DNA of 63,959 bases, the filler included, from Octopus bimaculoides (lineage: Eukaryota): assembly GCF_001194135.2 (NCBI RefSeq). It is 4 parts of 4 records of this genome, joined end to end, with 100 filler letters (N's around TTAATTAATTAA, not from the genome) between each part and the next. Parts side by side here need not be neighbours in the genome. Positions count along the whole stretch, not along the records: positions 1 to 29,784 come from NC_068995.1; positions 29,885 to 52,041 come from NC_068982.1; 2 more parts are not named here. The stretch is one strand, 5' to 3'. The notes beneath the pieces were generated by a model. It saw nothing but the letters and a program-made list of their open reading frames with translations, did not search any database and was not told the origin of the DNA. Made by a program: the position numbers and the translations under genes. Of this stretch, positions 25,340-36,878 are shown one piece after another. Within the stretch, counting starts at the first letter, position 1. Each line of letters begins with the position of its first letter.

Positions 25340-25933
25340 GGTGACTGGACAATTTGTTGTAAACAAATTTGCTGTAGGACAATTGACCACAGGTCTTTTT
25401 GCCGTAAGACAATTCGTTGGATGGATACTTCGCTGCAAGGACATTTTCCAGCAAAGCTTAGAAACTTGAAATTGCATCGTTAATTAAATAAGGTAGATAA
25501 AGGAATAGTAAATACAGCAGTCATTTTTGGTAATTACTGAAATGATAATTGAAAAACGGAAAGGTCGTTTAAATTTGAAACTGCACCGTTAATTGCTGAA
25601 ATGAGAATTTAAAAGCAGAAAGGTCGTTTAACATTTATTTAAAAAATACGAAGATGTTTATACGCACTTACTAAACGTTGTCAGAGGTTACGATCAAAAT
25701 CAAAACCATTATTTGCATGCAATTCCAATAAACTTACAGGATTTTTAGCGTAAATTTTAAAATGAAGTGCATGACCTTCATTATTTTTATTTTTATTTTT
25801 ATCCTTTCCTTCTTATGCTTTGCTACAAAATGTCATTGTGGCGAAATATCCATACAGTGAATTGTCTTACGGTAAATAATCCTATGGCAGATTGTCCTAT
25901 GGCGAAATGCCTTATGGTGAATTATCCTAGATC
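25340..25933 (+). mobile_element. Mutator-like (MULE) non-autonomous element
   Basis: Approximately 110-bp imperfect TIRs built of GGACAATT-type subrepeats; 9-bp near-TSD TAATTAAAT 25331-25339 / TGATTAAAG 25934-25942; internal peptide KKYEDVYTHLLNVVRGYDQNQNHYLHAIPINLQDF* (25641-25748) resembles MULE transposase C-termini. Confidence 0.65.
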
Positions 25934-26149
25934 TGATTAAAGTCTTTATGGAAGTATTCCAGCATGATCATTGCCCTAGAATTTAAGCAATTAAAAGCAT
26001 AAATGAAAGAATTACATCCTTGAGCAATGCACTTAATTTGACACTGCAACAGCCTTTTCAACTAAAAAGGGAGAACTGAAACATCAATAAACAGCAGTAA
26101 CTCAAAGTTTGCTTCTAGTGGAGTGGCATCTTGTCCAGAGGAATTCTTT

Positions 26150-26380
26150 ATCATCATCATTGTCACATAATGTCCACTTTTCCATGCTTGCATGGGTCAC
26201 TGTAATTAGCTGAAGCAAGTTTTCTACAGCTGGATGCCCTTTCTGTCACCAACACTAACCTGTTTCTAAGCAAGGTAATATTTCCCCATGGCTGGTCATA
26301 TTTTCATGAAAGTTTAGGGATGCACGTTGCTTGTATGACAGTGATGCTCATTTACAACCATCATATGATGACAAAATAGG
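26150..26380 (-). mobile_element. Older family B-related copy
   Basis: TCATCATC...CTTTTCCATGCTTGCATGGGTC...TTTCTACAGCTGGATGCCCTT. Confidence 0.7.
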
Positions 26381-26626
26381 GTATACACTACTAATAGAAG
26401 CACAAATACATAGACACACACACACACACATGTATATATGTATAAGAATTAAAATAAAAACTCAAATTAGACAATCAACTTTTTCACAAATGCATACATA
26501 GTTATAAATTCAATTTAAAATATATACAGGGTGGCCCAAAAGTAGATTTACAGTTACCATGTAGGCACTTAAAATTTCTTTTACAATGTTTTATTACATT
26601 TAAATTTCTATCTTACAAAATGAAAA

Positions 26627-26794
26627 GGGAGCTTGATGAGCTTCTTTCAGTTTCTGCCTACCAAATCCACTCACAAGGTTTTGATCGGCCCGAGGCTATA
26701 GTAGAAGACACTTGCTCAAGGTGCCACACATTGAGACTGAACCCAGAATCATGTGTTTGGTAAGCAAGCTACTTAACACACAGCTACTCCTGCA
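26627..26794 (-). mobile_element. Family A SINE head
   Basis: Reverse complement of the family A 5' half. Confidence 0.8.
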
Positions 26795-26935
26795 CCTATG
26801 TATAACATACACACATACAAACATACATGAATATGTACAGATATGCATATAGATAGATAGACAGAAAGACAGACGGATAGATAGATGGATAGAAAGAAAA
26901 ATAGATAGATAGATTGGTAGATAGGTAGATCGATT

Positions 26936-26977
<42 letters not shown>

Positions 26978-27291
26978 AAGATAGATAGTTAGGTAGGCAG
27001 GCAGATATGTATGTATATATGTATGTATGTAGGTAGGTAGGTAGGTAGGTAGGTAGGTAGGTAGGTAGGAAGGTAGGTAGGTATGTAGATAGATAGATAT
27101 AGATAGATAAGGAAACAAAGATGAGTTTCATATAATGTTTTTGTGTAAATATATATACGTACATGTAAGTATATATGCACACATAAACACACATATGTAT
27201 ACATACACACATATTTTTATACAAACATATATGTGTGTAGTGTGTATATGTAAGCATCTCTGTGTGTCAGTATGTGCATAATACATTACAT

Positions 27292-27343
<52 letters not shown>

Positions 27344-27483
27344 NNNNNNNNNNACACACACACAAAAGAACACAAACACACACGCACACAAAGCACAAGC
27401 AAAAAGCAGACACAAATACATACGCACACGCGCACACACACACATGGAGTCAAGTGAATGCTGTCTGTATATATATATGACAG

Positions 27484-27595
27484 AAGCCAGTATGAGCAAA
27501 CAGAGGAAGATATTTCGAAAGACAGCAGTCCTGGTTACAGCAGAGAGGACGGGGTGCTGCAGTGCTGTTTCCAAAATATATTCTGTGACCTCTAA
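27484..27595 (+). CDS. Candidate terminal exon of an unidentified gene
   Basis: GC-richer island after GACAG. One frame gives SQYEQTEEDISKDSSPGYSREDGVLQCCFQNIFCDL*, another ASMSKQRKIFRKT...AENHVV* (to 27629). The acceptor is weak and no homologue is recognised. Confidence 0.15.
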
Positions 27596-27960
27596 GAATG
27601 ACCTCAAAGCAGAGAACCATGTCGTTTAATTGATTACTCTGAGTAATAGCACTGTGTTCGTTTAGAGACGTACTGGTCAATGATATTAGGTATTAAACAA
27701 TGGTAGTGGTGGTAGTAGTGGTGGTGGTGGTGGTGGTGGTGGTGGTGATGACAGTTAGGATTAGGGTAGTGGTGACAATGATGATGATGAATAGTGGTGA
27801 TGTTGGTGGTAGTGGTGATGGTGATGTTGGTGGTAGTAATGTGGTGATGGTGGTGGTGGTGGTGGTGGTGATGGTGAAGATGAGGATGATAATGAGAGTT
27901 GTAAAGGTGAATGGACCTCTGGATATTTGTTTCCAGAATTGTGAGCTTGTATGTATGTAT

Positions 27961-28160
27961 ATCATCAACATCATCATCACCATTGTTTAACGCCTGCTTT
28001 CCATGCTAGCATGGGTTGGACGATTTGACTGAGGACTGGTGAACCAGATGGCTACACCAGGCTCCAATCTGTTTTGGCTTGGTTTCTACAGCTGGATGCC
28101 CTTCCTAACGCCAACCACTCCGAAAGTGTAGTAGGTGCTTTTACATACCACCGACACGGG
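27961..28160 (-). mobile_element. Family B element 3' part
   Basis: Matches 14917-15110. Confidence 0.85.
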
Positions 28161-28931
28161 TGTCAGCTGTGTGACACCAGTGTGACACCAGTACCTTCAA
28201 GTTGGCTTGATGGCACAACTTATTGTCAAGCATTTTGGCTATTGATCATTGCTTCCATGAAGCCCAAAGCTTGAAAGGGGCTTTTTACACACCACCAGCA
28301 TAGGTACCAGGTATGTGACACTGGCATTAGCTATGGCTACAATTTCATTTGGTCTGGCAGGTCTTCTCAAGCATGGCATATCTCCAAAGGTGATGGTCAC
28401 TAGTCACTGGCTCCATGGAAGCATAAACTTTCCCCCCATCATGTCTTTTTTTATTATTATCTCTTCGTTCTGTTTATGTACAATTACTGGTCTTGGTATG
28501 TTCAGTGGGGTTTTCCCTATCTCTGCAAATCAAGGACTGTCAGGCTGGCCCCTATTTCCTACGAAATTTCAAAAGCAGGATCTTCTGAGATGGCTCTTAG
28601 TAAAATTCTCACAGCTACAAGTTGAGTGAAGAGCGTGTTGGTGTATTTTGGCTTTCATTGTAGCACACAATATTGGAAGCAATATCATCTAAGCTTGAGT
28701 GTGTCTATGTATGTGTGCGTGTGTGATTATTTACAGAGAGAGAGAGAGAGAGAGAGAGAAAGTGAGAGATGCATACATTTAATACATAACAATGAATCAA
28801 CAAAGTATTGATTAAACATAGTAATACACAGATTTTAAACTTTGAGTTTTTCATTTGTTTCTATGTATTTATCACATTGGGAATATCCATACGTATTTTA
28901 AGTGCGTTTATATATGAGCACAGCTATATAT

Positions 28932-28970
<39 letters not shown>

Positions 28971-29210
28971 NNNNNNNNNNTATATATATATATATATATA
29001 TATATATTCACACACACACATGTATAAATATATAAATATATGTGTGTGACAAGGTGTACATATATATATATATATTTACAGACAAAATAGTAAGTACATA
29101 AACGTATATACACATATATACATACATGGATATATATATATATATTATATTCAATTATGATATATATATATTTATATATACAGCGAGAGGGGATAGATAT
29201 ATGCATAAAT

Positions 29211-29252
<42 letters not shown>

Positions 29253-29362
29253 GCGAAAGATAATTACATTCACACTTACATATTTACAATCATGCACACA
29301 AACACACATGCACACCTTTTACAATCTCTACTAACACACATTCCCCACACCAATCTACCTTT

Positions 29363-29393
<31 letters not shown>

Positions 29394-29784
29394 TGTGCAC
29401 ATACTCGAAAGCACACCTAAGGGAGTTGCACCACTGTGTGTGTGCACGCGTGTGTCTATGTGTCTGTGTGAATGTGTGTGTGTGTGTCTGTGACTCAGGT
29501 ACAGTTTATGAATACTGAAGACAATATTCCTGATGGCCATTAGGTCTCACATGGTATCAGATATATCAAAGACAAACAGACAGACTGCATCATTTTAGCT
29601 TGGGTGACATTTCATTTGATTTTTCTCTTTTTGGAAGTTTCGACTGGCCTGTTTGATAGAATTAATGGTAATGTACATCATCTTTATCAGTGAGAGGCTA
29701 AATACACACAGACATACACAGAGACAAACATATATACATATATGTGTATATATATGTATACATATATATATATATATATATATA

Positions 29785-29884
29785 NNNNNNNNNNNNNNNN
29801 NNNNNNNNNNNNNNNNNNNNNNNNNNNNTTAATTAATTAANNNNNNNNNNNNNNNNNNNNNNNNNNNNNNNNNNNNNNNNNNNN
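29785..29884. other. Scaffold-join placeholder (44 N + TTAATTAATTAA + 44 N); same at 52042-52141 and 60112-60211
   Basis: Identical 100-bp structure occurs three times. Confidence 0.9.
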
Positions 29885-29990
29885 AATCCACATATCCATA
29901 TATATGTGTGCATGTATACATATATATATATATATATATAATAGCATTTGAATATTTGGTTGGAAAAACCCTTTTGGTTGAAAAACTCAA

Positions 29991-30363
29991 AGGTTGCTCG
30001 TGGGACACAAATCCATCTCTCCCGTATTATTAGAGCAAATTCATCGAATTATCTCTGTCCATTTTAGAAATTAAATCGTTACCTCGGAGAATGGTATGTT
30101 GTTGACTTCATAAGAATTTATAAACTTTCGAGAGGACCTGAAATGATTCTTTTTTGGAACTGGATCTCGAAGCATAAAACCCATGATTCATAATAAGGCG
30201 TACCCCACCCACCCCCAAAAATTGCATACTATTATTTATACTATTCTCCCAAGTAAGAATTTAATTTCTAAAATGGATAGAGAAAATTCGATGGACTTGA
30301 TCCAATAATACAACTCTTATCTTGTCTACGGGAGAGATGATTTTTGTGTCCCACGAGCAACCT
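29991..30363. mobile_element. Fold-back MITE with long TIRs
   Basis: AGGTTGCTCGTGGGACACAAA... (29991-30096) is an inverted copy of 30235-30363 with one approximately 19-bp indel. Confidence 0.8.
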
Positions 30364-30535
30364 TCGATATCCACTTCTAAGAAAGAGCTATTTCGTATCC
30401 CCTGGGAAGGTTATAAATTATTATGAAGTCAAATATAGACAGACAGACTGACGGACGGACGAACGGACGGAGAACAGACAGACAGAAAGATAAGCAGACA
30501 GACAGAAAGATAAGCAGACAGACAGACATACATAC

Positions 30536-30590
<55 letters not shown>

Positions 30591-30593
30591 TAG

Positions 30594-30648
<55 letters not shown>

Positions 30649-31215
30649 GATTTTTCTATATATACTTAAATATGCATGTGTGCGAGTGTCTGCGTGTGTG
30701 TGTGTGAGTGTGTATATATATGTGCGCGGGCATATATCACCAAATGATATTGAGTATTGAGTGTATCCTTCTTGAGCCAAGCGCCAAGTAAGACTAATGA
30801 GTTAGACCGTCTGCTCAGTCAAATGTAGCACGTGTTCCCTCACATTACAATGACACTTAAGGAGAGCTCACCCATCTCCATCCTAACGTATCATGTCAAC
30901 ATTTGACGAAAGAAAACAAGGTATGAACGTAATCCTTATAACCTCTTTCATCGTATTCGTTCCTCGTTGCCACTAGACAGCTGAAAATGTTTTCATAGTT
31001 CTATCACTGAGAAAGTATAGTTACATCTTTCTCAACAAATAAAAATTAGGAATTACCCTTGTATATATACAGGGTGCGGTGAACATATTGTCATCTAAAT
31101 TACGCAAATATCCCAGAAACAGCTGTAAGACTAACTTTCTCTTTATAAATGTCCTGAAAATTCCACACAGCCTTGGTTTTGTTGTCTCATTTTATTTAAC
31201 ACACATACACACACG

Positions 31216-31332
<117 letters not shown>

Positions 31333-33369
31333 ATGAATGTATGTTGTGTGTATTACGTTTGTATGTGTATCTGCATTGCAGATCTATGTATATGTCCATG
31401 CAGCTTTCATCTTCCAAATGACACAAAGTATATGTCTCTCCGTGGTTACAGTAAGACAGACTTCCCTAATCTGTTGCACAGTTAGACTGAACCCGAAACT
31501 ATGTGGTTTACAAGCAAAGTTTTAACCACACAGCCATGCCTGCATGTATTTTATTCTAACGTATAGGGTTGTTGATTAAACCTATGTCTGCTCTAACCAA
31601 AGACGTTCTTTTCGCAATTAATCCTTTTTTTTATTTTATTTTTTTTTGGTATATCAGAAGTTATATTTTCCGAATTATTCTCCGTTAATTAACACGGAGT
31701 GATTTGGAGGTGGTGTGTTTGCAATTCTATGAACAAAATTTCGTTTTAAACTTCAGTTGATGTATTTGCACGACTTTAATGTAACAAACCTAAAGGCAGA
31801 AAAATCTTAATCTGCAGCCGTTGAAAAACTCAAGAGAAAAAGTTTGTTTATCTACAATTTAATGGTAACCTGGGCAAAACACTTCAGCAAAGTCAAAAGC
31901 ATTTAAAATTTAATCTACATGCTATTTGTGAGCCTGGAAGTTGTGATAAATAATACAATTTACATTATACCTCTTTGATTGGGTGTAACTGCGCCAAGTG
32001 ACTCAGATTCGCTTTTAAATCTACTTAACAACTTAGTTTATATTTTGAGTTTCGAGTTTTACTAAACGTAAACTAAATATTTTCTTTTGCATAAACAGTG
32101 TTTCGGAACAGACGCAAGTTCCAATTTGTAATATAATATAAACTTTTATACTTGTTAGAATCGGTTTGGTATCTCACCAAAAGGCTTAGTTCCCTGCAGC
32201 CGAATGCGCCTATCACTAAATTAGTACTACTTTCTCAGAAACAGAAGCATTACTGTGGATTTCTGAAATACAGCATGAAGCTGTGATTTCAATCCCCCTA
32301 ACCAGAAAGTAATTTATCCAGACTTGATCAGCAGTCTTACGAAAGAGAAATTCATTTAACATAAATGAATACTACAGAAACTAACGCCATTAATTTTCTT
32401 CGTAAATGCATGACCACTATGTCTTCCACTCACCTTTACCCAAGATATAGAGCTTTTACATGTGTTAAAAGAAATCAATATAGTTATACTTAATAGAGGA
32501 ATGAATCTATTATAAAATTAATCGATATAGGGATATGTATGGTTGCAGCTAGGAAAGTGATAAAAGTACAACTAGAGAAATAGAGAAAGAACAAGAGTAA
32601 AGAAGAGGAGAAGGAGAAGAGAGCACAAGACATACTGAAAAAAATAATAGTAAAGACGTAAGCAATTTCCTGTTTGTAATTCAAGGAATCGGGAAAATGT
32701 TTTATGAAATTCATAGACATATCGAACTAATTGGGATGACCAAAACTTTTCTGAAGTTCAAAAAATCAACAAGCCATTATCTATAAAAATATAATTAATA
32801 TGGCAATTTTATGGCAGAAATTAATTCATGAGAAAAAAGATGAAATAAGAATGTGAATCTGAAAATTAGTCAAATCGAATCTTAACTGCCATAAATGACA
32901 TTTTCGTTTAGCATCAGACAACAAGTTATGTCCAATCTTCAGCAATAAAGTAAATGTACTTACAATTCTGAGCAAAAAGAAAAAAAAAATAGAATAAAGA
33001 AAAGAGAGAAAAAAAGAACAATTATCTTAACACTGGATTCTGCGTCTGTCGGTAACGGTGTATGGCTATAAAACTGTTGACTGACTAAGCACTACGCATA
33101 TGTATAGGTGTTTGTGCTTGTCGGTGTGAGACTGTGTGGGTATGTGAGCGTTAGTATCAGTTTATGTGTGTGCGTGTGTATATATATGTGGGTTTGTGTA
33201 TGTATGTTGTGTATAGTTTATGTGTATACACCGTATGTATCTAACAGACCACCCATCAAGGCCAATACAAAAAAGAACAAGAAAACGAAGACCAAAGATA
33301 AAACAAAGCTATTAGTTCTCACTGACATCAACTAAAATATATTTCAGTAGCCTCATTTTACTTATTTAC

Positions 33370-33459
<90 letters not shown>

Positions 33460-34032
33460 GTGCTAAATAACAAATCAGATGTAGTAACACTATCTGGAAA
33501 CTGTTCGCATTTTGCTAGGAGTGGAACCGAATTTCAACATATCAGATGCATATCTTTTGATTACAAAGCTTTAAAGTTATTACCCTCAAGCTTTGATTGC
33601 CAATGTTGCAGTTACCACTATAATATAGTCAATATGTTAGACGTCAGCTGAAAGTCCTGTTATATTCTTGTAAGTTTGTTCTAATTGTTTGATTTTTTTT
33701 TTAAGTAGTGAAAGGGAATTTGAGGCAGTTCCAAGCAAAATACATTCACATCTTCTGATTTGGCACTACACCGTAAATAAAGTGAGATAGAATGTAATTA
33801 CGCAAGGAACATTCCTTTTCAGAGAGCCTCATTGGCGCAAATCAAGTGAAATAGCTTTAATCAGAAACCCAAATCTCATCGTGGAGCACTCTTTAATTTT
33901 ACTATACTCTCTTTTTCTCTGTATAGAACTAGCGATTATTTCACTTGTAACGAAATTTCACTGCCTCAAAACTATTTGTTCCAAATAATATATCAACAAT
34001 CTTTCAAGACATATTTGTTTTGAATAAAACAA

Positions 34033-34210
34033 GGCGGCGAGCTGGCAGAATCTTGAGAATCCCCAGGCAAATGCCTTGCAGCATTTCGTCCGATTTTATG
34101 TTCTGAGTTCAAATTCTGCCGATTTCAACATTGTATTCCATCCTTTAGAAGTCGATAAAACAAGTTCGAGTTGAGCAATGGTAATGATGTTATGGACTAG
34201 TTCCCTCCCA
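34033..34210 (+). mobile_element. Family C tRNA-derived SINE (Deu/Nin-like central domain)
   Basis: GGCGAGCTGGCAGAATC...GTTCTGAGTTCAAATTCTGCCG...CATCCTTTAGAAGTCGATAAAA; homologous to 38405-38530, 44960-45080, 46160-46290, 46350-46495, 55315-55390 and 53643-53860 (minus strand). The domain name is from recall and unverified. Confidence 0.75.
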
Positions 34211-34351
34211 CTGAACGATGCATACGTACGAATAAATTCAAAGATGAATTAGGGGCATCTCCAAAGCGTTACATGTGTTCGATAATGTTTTATAACACTC
34301 GCGCTGCTTCTAATTCATATTTGAATGTATTCCTACGTATGCATCGTTCAG
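34211..34351. repeat. 47-bp-arm inverted repeat (fold-back)
   Basis: 34211-34257 matches the reverse complement of 34305-34351 with about 5 mismatches. Confidence 0.85.
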
Positions 34352-34434
34352 GCAGACCAGCAGATTGTTTTTACACCATTTTACATATAGTAATGGACAG
34401 GCTATTCAATTTGCTTTGGTTTTGTTCAGGTATT

Positions 34435-34479
34435 TGATGTTGATAAGCCACAGAAAGGGCGAAACATCGATGTCCATCG
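34435..34479 (+). ncRNA. Minimal type I hammerhead with U3-A8 core variant
   Basis: Stem I TGATG 34435-34439 / CATCG 34475-34479; core TTGATAA 34440-34446; stem II GCC 34447-34449 / GGC 34458-34460; GAAA 34461-34464; palindrome ACATCGATGT 34464-34473; GUC triplet 34472-34474. Confidence 0.75.
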
Positions 34480-34659
34480 CTCCTCAATGAAACTTGGGGT
34501 GAGTTGTCTCACCTGTCTATGACTATAGCTTTCAGGTGTTTTAACACTGCGACAAATCGCAGCCGACAGGTGAGCTAGCAAAATACATACACTGTGTATG
34601 TGCCATCGATAATATATACAACACTCGTGTGGCTTCTAATTCATATATGAATGTGTGTG

Positions 34660-34882
34660 TGTGTGGGTGTGTGTCTTTGTATCTATATTTGTCCACCACT
34701 ACCACTACACCGCTTGACAACCCGTATTTTTGTGTTTATGTTCACCTAACTTAGTAGTTTGGTAAAAGAGAACGATAAAATAAGTACTAGGCTTAAAATA
34801 AAAATAAGGGGGTCCATTCTTTCGACTAAAATTCTTCAAGGCGGTGCCCCAGCAGTTTAATGACTGAACGAAGTAAAAGATA
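34660..34882 (+). mobile_element. Family A SINE, 3' half
   Basis: ...CGCTTGACAAC...AATAAGTACTAGGCTT...GGCGGTGCCCCAGCA...GACTGAACGAAGTAAAAGA. Confidence 0.75.
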
Positions 34883-35324
34883 GAAGGTATATATACATAT
34901 ATATANNNNNNNNNNNNNNNNNNNNNNNNNNNNNNNNNNNNNNNNNNNNNNNNNNNNNNNNNNNNNNNNNNNNNNNNNNNNNNNNNNNNNNNNNNNNNNN
35001 NNNNNNNNNNNNNNNNNNNNNNNNNNNNNNNNNNNNNNTACTGAATCATTGACAAATAAGATAAATCAGAAACGCTTGCATTAATCTGATTCATTTCTTT
35101 GGAGGATCTAACGTAAATTCTCACCATTAAAAACCACCTACAAATTGTTTTAGAACTTCTACAGTATGAATTTAAAGCAATTTTTTTTTTATTAAGTTAA
35201 ATTATATAAACGTATATTACTGACAACAATGTCAGTAATATAAAGCAATGCACAATTTTCTACATCTTTGACTTTCCTTTGCGTATAGAAAATATTTGAT
35301 TTTATATAAATTCAAAAACGTCAA

Positions 35325-35374
<50 letters not shown>

Positions 35375-35381
35375 TATTACA

Positions 35382-35418
<37 letters not shown>

Positions 35419-35805
35419 CTTCAAACAAAAATAGTATATCGTTGGATGTAATTCTTTTACTGGAGGGGATAATCTCCTCTAAAGTTGAGATTATTGATCA
35501 TCAATGAACTAAAAGTGAATTTTATTCTGAAAAGTAGCTTTACTGAAAGAAACCAATACAGAAAAGGATGTTTAGCCTACACATAACTCATTTATATTGG
35601 ACGGAAGCCCCGGATCTATCTATCTATATTGCTTTTATTATTAGTATTTGTTGTACAAAGATGTTTCAATGATAGTTGGGGGCTGCACTTTGAAATAGTT
35701 TCATAGAAATACAGAAGAAATATAACAACATTTGCTCGGATTTGATAACTGTCTTCGATAGAAATAACGGAATACCGGCTCCATAGAACTAAACATGGTT
35801 CCGTC

Positions 35806-36332
35806 TTTGATCTGACACAGTTCTTCAAAAGAATTGACGAAATTAACGCTCAATCGAAATCATTTCTGCGTTTGAAGAACGCCACAAACATTTTCGGTGT
35901 AACTTCATAAAAGATAAGGTTACCTGAGATTTCAGTACAGAATCATTTGAAGTAAAATGCAACATATGAAAGCAACTGTTTTTATCTATTGCAGCCGGAA
36001 GTAGTATTCTCTTGCACAGTTTCTGAACCAGTTAACATCTATCTAGAATATGCAACTACAGTGTATGCTTTTCTCGGTTTATAACGTTTAAAACAATCTG
36101 TTTCTTTACACTTTAACTATATTGAAAATAATGTTAAAATTATTTCAAATCTGTTCACCTAACTCCAAAAGAGCATTATCTATGAAGCAGTAAAAGAATC
36201 CTTTATACAGTCACTCCGTCTTCTAGAAATAGCAGTAAAATCACAATCAAATTACACGTTCTTCAAACGTAGAAATGATTTCGATTGAGCGTTAATCCCG
36301 TCAATTCTTTTGAACAACTGTGTCAGATCAAA
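35806..36332. repeat. 76-bp inverted repeat pair (35806-35881 / 36257-36332)
   Basis: The arms differ at about 4 positions; spacer about 375 bp. Confidence 0.9.
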
Positions 36333-36826
36333 ATGTCATTCCCTTTAGAAAGGGAATGAGACAATGTATAATTTAGTCATAGTTACACTGTATCTAAAGG
36401 ATAGACAGGATGGTCACGGATAGAATGTCTGATTACGCTGGATCACTACATTACCATCTGGCAACAAAATATTAAAATAATCTGAACTGCACGATCGGAA
36501 CTCTACTGAAGCTAGGCAACAGCAACAAGAATACTGTTCAATATAAAAGAAACTTAAAATAATACAAATAAAATTGTCTGCGAAATAGGAATGAGCATAT
36601 AATATTTCCTAATTTGAAATATATGAATGTATGCAACTATGATATTATTTCAGAAATATGAGAGAAGAAAATTGGTCTCTTATTTCTAATACAGACGAAT
36701 AAGTAATACGCTTTTTGGTGTTTTCTGGCGGAATCGCTCTGGCGAGGATGGCGTTAATCAAATGTAACTGACAGTTACCATTCTTCCTTGCAATAACTAA
36801 AAGTAATATATTTGAATAAACATTAT

Positions 36827-36878
36827 ATTTCTTAAATTACACCGTTTCGTGGCTATGTGGCTACTCGTCAAATGAAAT
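36827..36878 (-). ncRNA. Possible degenerate type I hammerhead (U3 variant)
   Basis: Minus strand reads ATTTCAT-TTGACGA-GTAGC cacata GCCAC-GAAA-C-GGT-GTA-ATTTAAGAAAT; one mismatch in stem II and a bulged stem I. Confidence 0.35.

Noticed and set aside
26524-26560. TA-CAGGGTG Tc1-like single ends here and at 31068
   Set aside because: No matching opposite TIR found, so no element could be delimited.
29829-29840. TTAATTAATTAA palindrome, also at 52086-52097 and 60156-60167
   Set aside because: Always centred in exactly 44+44 N; an assembly placeholder, not genomic sequence.
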